NCBI GenBank assembly: GCA_021513715.1
Contig: CP084167.1
Span: 1,344,001-1,408,000 of the forward strand
DNA length: 64,000 nt
Source of the DNA: Candidatus Heimdallarchaeum endolithica
GTDB taxonomy: Archaea > Asgardarchaeota > Heimdallarchaeia > Heimdallarchaeales > Heimdallarchaeaceae
Reading direction: 5' to 3'
The notes below the pieces were generated by a model. That model was not told the DNA's origin and searched no databases. It saw only the letters and a list, made by a program, of their open reading frames with translations. Shown here piece by piece: positions 1 through 9,580 of this stretch. The position numbers were made by a program, and so were the translations under genes. Within the stretch, counting starts at the first letter, position 1, and each line of letters opens with the position of its first letter.

Positions 1-75
1 GTTAAAATTATAGGAGTTCATACTATCATTGGCGTGTTCTCAATTCATACTTTTTGAGATAATTCGGAAGTACTA
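1..75. mobile_element. MITE copy 1 (truncated by window start)
   Basis: Bases 1-75 are the reverse complement of 40240-40314 with 2 mismatches and end in the terminal repeat CGGAAGTACTA. Confidence 0.9.
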
Positions 76-168
76 TAAAATTAAACAAGCTTTAAATAGA
101 GCTATTCCACTTTGAAAAAGATTAAAAAGCTAAATGAGATAATAGCATTAAATATTCATGGTGATAAA

Positions 169-528
169 ATGAGTTTTCAAGATGAAATTCAGAGAGTAGC
201 AACAGAAGGAACTCTTGGAGTTGTATGGTTAATTGGTGATGATGGAAAAATCTATTATACTTATGGTGAATGGGCAGTAGACCCATTAGTTGCCTTTAAT
301 GCCTGGAAAGCACAGAATCCCGCAGTTAATTTGGGTGGAATCAAATTCACTGTAATTGCGATATCCCCCGAACGTCTGATTTCAAAAAATATGGGCGGTC
401 AAGGCTACGTTATTGTAGCTAAGTGCGCTAATTGGCCTGGTGCTATCGTTGCTTGGGCTCCTGCTACAGTTCAGATGGACTATGCATATGCAGCAGCAGC
501 AAGACTCGCTGCCAAAGTACAAGGTTAG
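169..528 (+). CDS. Profilin-like protein
   Basis: About 120 aa with a profilin-type pattern (LIGDDG...W...NLGGIKFTV...GQGYVIVAK...IVAW). ATG at 169 follows GGTGA. The ORF track start at 112 is probably too far upstream. Confidence 0.75.
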   Translation: MSFQDEIQRVATEGTLGVVWLIGDDGKIYYTYGEWAVDPLVAFNAWKAQNPAVNLGGIKFTVIAISPERLISKNMGGQGYVIVAKCANWPGAIVAWAPATVQMDYAYAAAARLAAKVQG

Positions 529-577
529 AAAATTGTTTTCCCACCCTTATTTTTCAATTAAAAAGCAATCTATTTTT

Positions 578-835
578 TTGAAAATTTATGTAAAGACTCG
601 TTCTCCAAAAGAGAAAATTGTAGTTGAAGAGGATAAAGTTGTTGTTTTTGTAAAAAAACCACCAGATAAAGGAAAAGCAAACAAAGAGATAATTTCTTTT
701 CTTTCAAAAGAATTAAATTGCTCATCAAATGATATAGAAATCGTATCAGGAATGAAATCGCACTTTAAAACTCTAAAAATAGATAATAAAAGCGAGGAAG
801 AAATTATTAAATTCTTAGAACGTTTTAAAGAATAA
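578..835 (+). CDS. DUF167/UPF0235 family protein
   Basis: KIYVKT...VKKPPDKGKANKEIISFLSK...IVSGMKSHFK motif. Likely TTG start at 578. Confidence 0.85.
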   Translation: MKIYVKTRSPKEKIVVEEDKVVVFVKKPPDKGKANKEIISFLSKELNCSSNDIEIVSGMKSHFKTLKIDNKSEEEIIKFLERFKE

Positions 836-872
836 AAAAAAACTATCTATTTTTTACTCAAACAAAGAAAGA

Positions 873-1466
873 CTATAATACCATTTTTTCAAATGCGCGA
901 ATTAACTCGTTTCTATCAGACAATGTCTGTTCAAAACTATTAACAATAGAACTAAGTATTTTAACATCATCTTCTGCATTTTCTAACATCATTTCTTCTA
1001 AGTTAGTATTAGCTTTTGCTACTCTTTCTTTAAGATCCACTGCTATATCAAGAATTTCGATTTCTAGAAGGTATAGAATTGAAAGGTCTATTCCATTTGG
1101 TCCTTCAACATCATCGATATCAAAAAATGTGCTTTTATGATAATCTGTATTTGCAACTTCTCTTCTTAACTTTTCCAATTTCTTCTTTATTTCACCAACC
1201 AAACCCCATGTAGTAATTAGTTGTGAGTGAATTAATAATTCATGAACTTTACTCATCCCATCAGAAGCGTTTCTAAGAAGTTCTAGTAAATGTTCTCTAA
1301 AAGCGATATCTGAAGATTGTCTTACATCTTTATTTTTATAACCATAGTAGTTTGAAATGTTTGCTCTTAATAACCTTAAAGCTTCGCTATCTCCTTCATC
1401 TACTATATCTTGCTTTTTACTTTTTTCTTTATCTTTTTCTTTTCTTTTATTTTTTCTTCCAAACAT
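873..1466 (-). CDS. Hypothetical helical protein
   Basis: 197-aa ORF directly downstream of the ligase gene. No family recognised. Confidence 0.7.
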   Translation of the reverse strand: MFGRKNKRKEKDKEKSKKQDIVDEGDSEALRLLRANISNYYGYKNKDVRQSSDIAFREHLLELLRNASDGMSKVHELLIHSQLITTWGLVGEIKKKLEKLRREVANTDYHKSTFFDIDDVEGPNGIDLSILYLLEIEILDIAVDLKERVAKANTNLEEMMLENAEDDVKILSSIVNSFEQTLSDRNELIRAFEKMVL

Positions 1467-1475
1467 ATTATCACC

Positions 1476-3251
1476 CTACGATTCTCCTTTCTGATTTAAA
1501 AAAATTGTTACAATTTCGTTTACAGTTGTAGCATCTTCAGGATTTTTATCTTCAACAATTCTTCCAGTAAAACGAGGAAAACGAAGCGCTAACCCATCAT
1601 TTAATCCTTTTAACCATCCTCTTGCACAAGTATGTAATTGACTTATAGTTATTTCAGCCCCAGTCACTTCTATCACTATTTTTGGTTCAAACCAAACTGA
1701 ACATTCAATTTCGCTCACTACTTCCTTTGGTTTGTTATTTAATTTGATATTACTAAGTTTCTGATAGAAAAAGTCTAAATCTTTATCTGAAAAACCAGTT
1801 GCGACTCTTGTAAAAGTTTTGAAATTTCCCTCTTCAGTATCGAAACATGCAAGCAAGAATGTACCATATTTTCCTGTTCTCTTTCCCTTCCCATAGTCTG
1901 CTCCTATTATTACTAAATCAAAAGAATCAGAAAGTTTGTCTACATAATCTGCTTTATACTTAACCCATAGCCAACCACGTGCCCCTGCTTGATAAATAGA
2001 ATCTTGATTAATTGACTTAACCATGATACCCTCACAATTATCTTCAAGAGCAGAATTAAAGAAAGTTTCAAGTTCATCTACTGATGAGACTATTGTTTGA
2101 TGGGAAAAACGAATTGTTTCTGTTTCATTTACTAATTCTTTCAAGAGTTTCCTACGTTCTAAATATAACTTATTAAGAGTAGAACAATTATTTGCAAACA
2201 AAACATCAAATAGAAAAACACGTACTGGTATCTCTTGTGCTTTTTCTTCAATATCATGCTTACGTTTCCGTCTAGAAATTGATTGAAAAGGAAGAATTTT
2301 GTTATTTTTCTCATCATAAGCAACAATTTCTCCCTCTACAATGAAATTCTGTTTTTTAGCAGCTTTAATTATCTCATTTTGAACATCAGGAAACTGATAA
2401 GTAATGTTTTCATTATTTCGAGAAAATATTTTGACTATATTATCCTTAACATGTATTTGCGCACGGATTCCATCATATTTATATTCAACAGCACACTTCT
2501 CCCCAAATTTTTCTAATATCTCTTCACTACTCGAAAGACGTTGAGCTAACATAACTTTAACAGGAGAAAAAACTCTGATGTCAATTTCTTTTACTTTTTC
2601 GATACCTCCCTTATATAGGGTTTCAGCAACGTATTCTATATCTGAACATCTATTGTATGCTTTTTCAAGAATATCCTTATTATCTCTATTTCCTGTTTTA
2701 GCAAGTGCAAGAGCTTCTAGAAGTAATTGTGTTGCTATACCTAAACGTAGTTTCGAACTAACTATTCTAACTATATATTTAGCTTCAATAGCAGAGACTC
2801 TAGAAAGCATACCAGCAAGTAAGTTAATTTTTTTATTAGAGGAACCTTCACCAGTTAACTTTGCCAGTTTATCAAAAAAAGACCACACTTCTAAAATTTC
2901 AGGCGCATATTCTGTTTCGCCAGTAAAACTGGAAAGCGTAGTTTGAGTTTTTTTAGATAATAACTTGTATGTGATGCTGCCAAGATCCCCTTTTTGTTCT
3001 AAAATTTGTTTAATATTGGAAGTACTTTTTCCCGTTGTAATTGAAAGTGCTTTGATTGTCATAGATTCAGCTAACATAAGCTCAATACCGACATAATTCG
3101 GATAGATTTTACCTAGAGTTAAAAGAGCAATCTTTCCTATTTCATCTGCATTTGCGTTACAAAGGGTTTCAGACAATATTTCGACCATCTCTATTTTACC
3201 AGAGATTTTTTCAACTTTGGAATATGTTCTACATAGCGTTTTGAACTTCAT
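1476..3251 (-). CDS. lig: ATP-dependent DNA ligase
   Basis: EYKYDGIR adenylation motif, EGIMVK, WVKYKADY and LRFPRF. Confidence 0.97.
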   Translation of the reverse strand: MKFKTLCRTYSKVEKISGKIEMVEILSETLCNANADEIGKIALLTLGKIYPNYVGIELMLAESMTIKALSITTGKSTSNIKQILEQKGDLGSITYKLLSKKTQTTLSSFTGETEYAPEILEVWSFFDKLAKLTGEGSSNKKINLLAGMLSRVSAIEAKYIVRIVSSKLRLGIATQLLLEALALAKTGNRDNKDILEKAYNRCSDIEYVAETLYKGGIEKVKEIDIRVFSPVKVMLAQRLSSSEEILEKFGEKCAVEYKYDGIRAQIHVKDNIVKIFSRNNENITYQFPDVQNEIIKAAKKQNFIVEGEIVAYDEKNNKILPFQSISRRKRKHDIEEKAQEIPVRVFLFDVLFANNCSTLNKLYLERRKLLKELVNETETIRFSHQTIVSSVDELETFFNSALEDNCEGIMVKSINQDSIYQAGARGWLWVKYKADYVDKLSDSFDLVIIGADYGKGKRTGKYGTFLLACFDTEEGNFKTFTRVATGFSDKDLDFFYQKLSNIKLNNKPKEVVSEIECSVWFEPKIVIEVTGAEITISQLHTCARGWLKGLNDGLALRFPRFTGRIVEDKNPEDATTVNEIVTIFLNQKGES

Positions 3252-3278
3252 TTATACACCCTTAGTCTAGTACTAAAG

Positions 3279-4637
3279 TCATTTCTTTTTTTCTTTTTCA
3301 AAGAGCTTAAGAATTGTTGAATTAAGCTGCTCAATACCTTTTCTAATTTCCTTTAGTTCAACTAGGATTTCATGTGCAACGTTATCAACACTTGTTTCTA
3401 CCTCACTAAACTCAACGTGTTTTTCAACTGGTTCTTGAACTGGAGAAGCCTTTTTGGGTGAGACTTTTTTAGTTTGCTCCAAAATAACACTTTCAGGTTC
3501 AATATATTGTGATTCTGATAATTGCTTTTGAATTTTATCAGTAACAATATATTCTTCTTTTGGTTGTTCTTGGGTAACTCTTTCTTTCTTTTTATCTTTT
3601 TCAGCTTCTTCTTTTTTCATTTGTAAGTATCTCTGAATCATAGCATAGTCTATTCCTCTTTTTCGAGCTAAATCAGTAATTATAATCTCCTTATAGGTTT
3701 GATCTACATTAAAAGTTTCAACTTCTGCTTCTATTTCTTTTATTTGAAGAAGAACTGAAGCTATATCAAGATCAGATATTTTCTCTGGTTTTGATAATAA
3801 TGTAGTAGAAACTGGCTCTTTTCTCTTTTTCTTTTCTACTTCAACTTCCTGCTTACTTATTCCTTCTTCCTTTTGTTTATCCTTTTTTGAAACTGAAACT
3901 TCTTCTTTTTTGGGTTCAATTTTTATTTCAATTTCCTTTTTCGAAGGTTTTTCTGTTATTTGTTTTTCAGCCCATTGGAACAAATTTCTAGCAAATTGCC
4001 TATTATCTCTATTTGTTATACCAGATTTTTTATTGGAAAAAACAGTATAAGAACCACAAACAAAAACCCAGCCATCCCCATATTGTGATAATGCCATAAT
4101 TGTTGCACTTGGAGGGTCACTTGTGTTTCTTGTTCTTGCAAGCTCTGTTACTTCATTATTAATATGAAGAGAACACCCAGAGCAATAAGTTATTTCTTTT
4201 ACCCCTTGTGTTATTGGATGAGGGTAAATTTTTGTTACCACAGGACATGATTCAAGTTGAAAATCGAAGCTTTGGAAGTCAAATATTTGATTTGGTATAA
4301 GTTCAATCCCAAAATGCTTCAACAAACTATTCATATTAGTGTTTAATCCCTTATCTCCGCCTGCGTTGCTAAAAATCATCAAGATATTACCTTCTTCAAC
4401 AAACCTAAGGATGTTTTTTACTTCATGTCCATAAAGTTTTGAGCCGTCAGGACACAAAAAAACTAGAATATCTGCAGAGTTAATAGAACTATACTTTATT
4501 GGAAAAGTATCTAAAACGGCAATTTTATGTCCAGCTTCAGTAAGATCAGCTTCTAAGATACTGAAATTGGAGAAAATTCGTCCTCTTTCTTTCTGTGTTT
4601 CATCAAACAATATTTTCATTATTTTCCCCAAGAACAA
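3279..4637 (-). CDS. GIFT/DUF4350 (IFT52 N-terminal-like) domain protein with charged C-terminal tail
   Basis: ILFDETQKE start, GG..LNTNMNSLLKHFGI, HPITQGV and DNRQFARNLFQW, followed by a Lys/Glu-rich tail. Confidence 0.7.
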   Translation of the reverse strand: MFLGKIMKILFDETQKERGRIFSNFSILEADLTEAGHKIAVLDTFPIKYSSINSADILVFLCPDGSKLYGHEVKNILRFVEEGNILMIFSNAGGDKGLNTNMNSLLKHFGIELIPNQIFDFQSFDFQLESCPVVTKIYPHPITQGVKEITYCSGCSLHINNEVTELARTRNTSDPPSATIMALSQYGDGWVFVCGSYTVFSNKKSGITNRDNRQFARNLFQWAEKQITEKPSKKEIEIKIEPKKEEVSVSKKDKQKEEGISKQEVEVEKKKRKEPVSTTLLSKPEKISDLDIASVLLQIKEIEAEVETFNVDQTYKEIIITDLARKRGIDYAMIQRYLQMKKEEAEKDKKKERVTQEQPKEEYIVTDKIQKQLSESQYIEPESVILEQTKKVSPKKASPVQEPVEKHVEFSEVETSVDNVAHEILVELKEIRKGIEQLNSTILKLFEKEKKK

Positions 4638-4729
4638 TTATTTCTGTTATTAAAATAGAGACGTAGTCCTTTTAAAACTATTCCCAATTTTTGTAAAGAT
4701 TTATAATACACAATTGCATATTAACACTA

Positions 4730-5701
4730 ATGAGTGTTGTACAATTAAAGTGTAAGATATGTGGAGCACCAATAGACATAAATCCAGAAGACGCGATCTA
4801 TAACTGCAATTCTTGTGGACAAGCTTTTACTGCTGATGGAAAAACATTTGAAAACCATTATTTTTTCCCAAACAGCCTAAATAAAGATAAGGTACATGAA
4901 ATCGTTGGCAGATTTATAAAAAAAAATTCTTTTCTTAGAGGAATAAAAAACTACTCCATAAAATCTATTAAGCCAATGTTACTACCATTTTGGATAGTAA
5001 GAACAAGAAGTAATACCCATTTTCTTGGTTATTTAAAATATTCAGAAACAAGAACTCGTACCTCAGGAAAAAGCACAACTTCTGAATCTGTTACTGTTTA
5101 TAGACCAATTGAAGAAGATATTAATGAAGATAGAACAGACGTGATTCTAGCTAGAAGAGCTACAGTTATCTTTGGTTATAAAAAAGTAAAGAAATTAATA
5201 GAAAGAAATATAGAAAATATGGTTCATTTTGATATTAATCTTTTGAAAGACAAAGAGCATGAATTTCAATATTTATCCACAGAATTTAGTGATATTGACG
5301 CTAACCAACTAATTAAAACAAAGATTTTTGATGAACATAGGAGGAAAGCTGAAAAAAAGTGTACAAAAGTTTTCGACTGTTATACACAAATAACTTTTCT
5401 TGGTACGTTTTTCACTCATTTTCCAGTATGGTTAGTAGAATATGATTTTAAAGGAGAAACATATCGTGTTGTAATAAATGGTAATAATGGTGAAATAATC
5501 AAAGGAGAAATACCTGTTACAAAGTTGTTTAGAATAATTAATTTTTCATTATCAATTCTCATGATTGCATTTGGAATTTTAATTAACTTCTTCTATGGAA
5601 AAAACACAAAACTTATTCCTTGGCTTAGTGGAGGGCTTGTTGCAGTACTATTGTTTTTCACGATTAATAACACTTTCAAACCACTGAGTGTGATAGAATA
5701 G
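4730..5701 (+). CDS. Zn-ribbon membrane protein (YdjG-like)
   Basis: CxxC...CxxC N-terminus, LPFW and FPVW motifs, INGNNGEIIKGEIP, two C-terminal TM helices. Confidence 0.75.
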   Translation: MSVVQLKCKICGAPIDINPEDAIYNCNSCGQAFTADGKTFENHYFFPNSLNKDKVHEIVGRFIKKNSFLRGIKNYSIKSIKPMLLPFWIVRTRSNTHFLGYLKYSETRTRTSGKSTTSESVTVYRPIEEDINEDRTDVILARRATVIFGYKKVKKLIERNIENMVHFDINLLKDKEHEFQYLSTEFSDIDANQLIKTKIFDEHRRKAEKKCTKVFDCYTQITFLGTFFTHFPVWLVEYDFKGETYRVVINGNNGEIIKGEIPVTKLFRIINFSLSILMIAFGILINFFYGKNTKLIPWLSGGLVAVLLFFTINNTFKPLSVIE

Positions 5702-5715
5702 GAGGAAGAAGGAAA

Positions 5716-6681
5716 ATGAATAAGAATATCAAAAAAATTACATGCCCTCAATGTTCTGCTCCTTTAGAAATTGAGGATACGCAAACAGTTTTTACATGTC
5801 CATATTGTCAGTTTACCTCAAAAATTGAAGAAAAAAAAGAAAAATTTGAACACTATATGCTCCCTGTAAAATACAATATACTAGATATTAGAAAAGAGTT
5901 AATTGGAGATTTAATGAAAAATCCAGGGGTTCCAGACAATTTACATAACAAACTCAAGATTGTTGAATATGAATTAAAATTTATCCCATATTGGATTATT
6001 TCAGTTCATAATCACACAGAATATACAGGAGAAGGAGAGTATGCTACATATTATGATAGATTCAAATCAGGTTGGAGAAAAATCAGATTTCACTTAAAAC
6101 CAGAACAAGGAGTTTTTGATGATGAAAGAGAGTTTACTATATATGCTGCAAAAGAGATAGACAAGGATCTCTTAAATTTCCAAATTTCAACAAGAGGAAA
6201 GAGATATTTCCAAAGACAAGAAATAGAAGAAGAGCAAGCAGTAATTGAGCCAAGCATTATTAATGTTGAACAAGCAAAACTTCAAGGAATTACACTGATT
6301 AGAGAGATACATAAGGGATTGATATTAAAGGAAATAGCACGCATTAATCAAGTAGTAGATAATCCAGAAGTTACAAGTGTTTTTCTTCTTCACATACCGT
6401 TCTATTTTATTAAATTTAAGGTCGGTCGAAGGTATTATCAAGCAAAAATGGAAGCAAACACTGGAAGAACTGTGGTTACACAGATACCAAAGAAGATAAC
6501 TTATACACTACAAGTTGTGTTTTTAGGTGTATTCTTTATTTTAGTCGCTTTATTATCAATTATTCTACTATTATCTAAAATTTCTCCAGTTGGACTCTTC
6601 TTATTAATGACATCTTCAATGTTCTCAATAAGGACATTTCAAGTAGGTTTAAGGCGAAGATATAAAGAAAAAGAAGACTAA
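5716..6681 (+). CDS. Zn-ribbon membrane protein (YdjG-like paralog)
   Basis: CPQC...CPYC, IPYW and IPFY motifs, two C-terminal TM helices. Same layout as the preceding gene. Confidence 0.75.
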   Translation: MNKNIKKITCPQCSAPLEIEDTQTVFTCPYCQFTSKIEEKKEKFEHYMLPVKYNILDIRKELIGDLMKNPGVPDNLHNKLKIVEYELKFIPYWIISVHNHTEYTGEGEYATYYDRFKSGWRKIRFHLKPEQGVFDDEREFTIYAAKEIDKDLLNFQISTRGKRYFQRQEIEEEQAVIEPSIINVEQAKLQGITLIREIHKGLILKEIARINQVVDNPEVTSVFLLHIPFYFIKFKVGRRYYQAKMEANTGRTVVTQIPKKITYTLQVVFLGVFFILVALLSIILLLSKISPVGLFLLMTSSMFSIRTFQVGLRRRYKEKED

Positions 6682-6733
6682 ACACTCCTTTTATTTCTAT
6701 TTTAATTTCATTTTTGTTAAAAAAATTAATTAA

Positions 6734-7273
6734 CTACAAGAAATTTTGTTTAAAAACTTCAAAATCACCGTGGGAATAAAGAACCATATATACTTCTCTA
6801 AGATAAGAAGAATGATTATTGAAAAAATCTTCAAAAACACTACGGATAATTTTTGCACACTCAATAAGTGAAAAACCTGCAATTCCTGTTCCTATTGCAG
6901 GAAAAGCTATACTAGATAATCTATATTGTTCTGCGATTTTTAGAGAATTAATTATAGAATCACGAAGGCTTGAAGCAGTAGTTTTTCCACCTAGGTGCAT
7001 TGAAGCAGCATGAATTACATATTTAGCTTTTAGGTTTCCTCCATTAGTAATAGTAGCTCCACCCAAAGGAATTCGCCCATGTTTATTACACTCTTCTTGA
7101 ATTGATGGTCCTCCTTTTAATCGAATTGCTCCAGCTACTCCTCCTCCAAGAAATAAGTCTGTATTTGCAGCATTAACTATAGCATCAACATCAAAATCAG
7201 TTATATCTCCTCTTGCTAGGTAAATTTTAGTGTTGTTGATTTTCATCGAATACATACTAAGAATATTAAACAA
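6734..7273 (-). CDS. Macro domain protein (ADP-ribose hydrolase, YmdB-like)
   Basis: GDIT, AIVNAAN..L..GGGVAGAI and AFPAIGTGIAGF. Confidence 0.95.
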   Translation of the reverse strand: MFNILSMYSMKINNTKIYLARGDITDFDVDAIVNAANTDLFLGGGVAGAIRLKGGPSIQEECNKHGRIPLGGATITNGGNLKAKYVIHAASMHLGGKTTASSLRDSIINSLKIAEQYRLSSIAFPAIGTGIAGFSLIECAKIIRSVFEDFFNNHSSYLREVYMVLYSHGDFEVFKQNFL

Positions 7274-7295
7274 GATTAATATTTTAGTGTTCTCA

Positions 7296-8111
7296 CTAGA
7301 TTTGTTCTTTATTAAAGGAGCATATTACAGAATAGACCTCATCTTTTATTTCAAATCCTAATTTTGAGTATACTTTAATAGCAGGTATATTGTCTTTTTC
7401 TACCCACAGAAATATCCTTTTTACACCTTGTTTAATAGCTTTTAAGCACAAGTGATAGGTTATTAATTTTCCATATCCTTTTCCTCTGTATTTTTCATTA
7501 ACCCAGATATCTCTAAACACACAAAGAGAAAACCTATCATTTGTTACTAAGTGAGGAATAAAACCTACAGCAACTAATTCATTGTCTATTATAATTCCAG
7601 AACCACCTAAGCCTTTACTAATCTTCATTATTCGCCTAAGATCCAGAATCTTTCCATGTTTTATTTCATCTAGATCCACAACATCAAGTTTCGGTAAATC
7701 AAATTTGGAATTCTGAAACTTTTCAATATTGAGCTCCATACATAGAAAACGGTTATATTTTCGTGTTGTTACAGATTTTTCTATCAAATTACATTTTGTA
7801 AAATGATCAAAGACTAATGACAACCATTTTTTATTAAAAGACAAAGAAAAAGAAGGATAATTATCTTTAATTTGGTAAACTAAATTTACATTTGGTTCTC
7901 CATAAAGGACTACATAGTGTTCATATGAACAAAATACTGATTGTCCTATAATTTGGAATTTCAACAATTCTGAAGACTTATAGTAATTATCAACCATATA
8001 GCAAAATCTTGGTAGATGCTTTTCTGCTAGATCTAAGAATTGCGAAACCAGAGTCATGTTTTTGCATTTATAGCTCTTGATTAAAAGTCTACCCCACGTA
8101 CTTCTTTTCAT
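7296..8111 (-). CDS. GNAT acetyltransferase
   Basis: C-terminal VNEKYRGKGYG and NIPAIKVYSKLGF. Confidence 0.88.
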   Translation of the reverse strand: MKRSTWGRLLIKSYKCKNMTLVSQFLDLAEKHLPRFCYMVDNYYKSSELLKFQIIGQSVFCSYEHYVVLYGEPNVNLVYQIKDNYPSFSLSFNKKWLSLVFDHFTKCNLIEKSVTTRKYNRFLCMELNIEKFQNSKFDLPKLDVVDLDEIKHGKILDLRRIMKISKGLGGSGIIIDNELVAVGFIPHLVTNDRFSLCVFRDIWVNEKYRGKGYGKLITYHLCLKAIKQGVKRIFLWVEKDNIPAIKVYSKLGFEIKDEVYSVICSFNKEQI

Positions 8112-8187
8112 CTTTTTCTAAAAAAATTTTTGTCATTCAAAAAAATACAAAAGGAATAAGGTTTTTATTATACAAAACGACAAATAG

Positions 8188-9171
8188 GTGATTGCAATGA
8201 TGTTATTAACACCAGACAAAGAAGAAGAAGAATCTTTTGAAATTAAAGAATATGATGTAGGAATAATAGGACTAGGTCCCGCAGGATTAACCTCTGCTAT
8301 CTATACTTCTCGTGCAGGTTTATCTGTGGTAGTTATAGGTAAAGATTATGGAGGACAAATGGGATTAGCTTTAGAAATAGAAAATTATCCTGGTTTTGAA
8401 AATATTTCAGGAATGGAACTCACAGATAGAATGAAAAACCAAGCTGAGAAATTCGGAGCAAAAATTGTTTTTGCAGAAGCAGATGACATTTATAGGAAAG
8501 AAGATAGGCGATTCTTAATCAAAACGGATATGGGTGAATATTTAGTAAAAGCACTCATTTTAGCAACAGGTGGAAGACATAGAGAACTAAACGTTCCAGG
8601 AGAAAAAGAGTTTATTGGAAGAGGAGTATCATATTGTGCTACTTGTGATGCCTCATTCTTTAAAGAAAAAACTGTAGTTGTGGTAGGTTCTGGAGATGCA
8701 GCAGCAACAGGAACTTTAGCTTTAAGTGATGTCGGAGCCAAAAAGATTTACTGGGTAAGTAGATCTGACTACATGAAATGTGAAAAAATATATTTAGAAC
8801 GAGCTGCACAAAGAGATAATATCGAAATACTATATAACAAACAAGTTGCAGAAATAAAAGGAACAAATACTGTTGAAGAGATAGTATTTAATGATGGAAC
8901 AACACTAAAAGCTGATGGGATATTTGCAGAAATAGGAAATATACCTAACACAGAGTTAGCTGCAAAACTTGGTATAGAACTAGAAGACAACCTTATCAAG
9001 ATAGATGACGAATGTAGAACAAACATTGAAGGAGTTTTTGCTGCAGGAGATGTGACTTCAAAGATAAAAAATCCATTATCAAGACAAGTTACAACATCAG
9101 TAGGATTAGCTACAATAGCAGCAATATCTACAGCGGATTATCTTCAAGCCAGATACACAATTCAAGGATAA
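8188..9171 (+). CDS. trxB: Thioredoxin reductase
   Basis: GLGPAGLTSAIY, GRGVSYCATCD and GVFAAGD. Confidence 0.95.
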   Translation: MIAMMLLTPDKEEEESFEIKEYDVGIIGLGPAGLTSAIYTSRAGLSVVVIGKDYGGQMGLALEIENYPGFENISGMELTDRMKNQAEKFGAKIVFAEADDIYRKEDRRFLIKTDMGEYLVKALILATGGRHRELNVPGEKEFIGRGVSYCATCDASFFKEKTVVVVGSGDAAATGTLALSDVGAKKIYWVSRSDYMKCEKIYLERAAQRDNIEILYNKQVAEIKGTNTVEEIVFNDGTTLKADGIFAEIGNIPNTELAAKLGIELEDNLIKIDDECRTNIEGVFAAGDVTSKIKNPLSRQVTTSVGLATIAAISTADYLQARYTIQG

Positions 9172-9203
9172 TCCTTCCTTTTTTTAATAAAAAAAAGAAA
9201 TTA

Positions 9204-9580
9204 CATAAGATACTTTTTATGTAAAAAACTAAATTTTTAGTTTGTGGGGATATTAGGCCAATAACAACCAGAACACATTTGCATTAATAAAGAATTCACG
9301 ATATTGGGGAGTGTCACAACTTTTCCGCTGTCTTTATACATTCAATTCTCATTTATCTAGTGTCTTGAGCTAGATGCTTAAAGACGTAGGTTTCATTCCT
9401 ACGACACCCGGTCTTCCCTGTGGGAGTTATGAGTGCCCGGGATCAGGAGATGAACCCCTTAGAGAACTTAATTAAGACTGTGTCTTTCATGTTCTCTTAA
9501 GCCAGTCTTCACAACTTTCGCTAAGTTTGTTGATTGGTTGGGTAGAGTCCTGAAGAAATTACGTAAAATTTCAACTCATA
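9204..9580. mobile_element. Non-coding structured mobile element without inverted repeats (CATA at both ends)
   Basis: GC-richer than its flanks and contains several hairpins. CATA occurs at 9204-9207 and 9577-9580. Removing the element restores GAT-ATG-TAA plus a T-tract for the gene at 9571-10227. Bases 9488-9580 recur inverted at 31193-31285. Confidence 0.75.

Noticed and set aside
2283-2946. Plus-strand ORFs inside the ligase gene, and similar short ORFs inside other long genes
   Set aside because: Shadow or alternate-frame ORFs overlapping well-supported genes.
9450-9500. Short ORF MNPLENLIKTVSFMFS after AGGAG
   Set aside because: Only 16 codons, coincides with a hairpin, and shows no transposase similarity.
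9241-9580. tRNA, SRP RNA or RNase P RNA
   Set aside because: No cloverleaf or conserved motifs recognised. The boundaries and the second copy inside pcp indicate a mobile element. An Rfam search is still needed.
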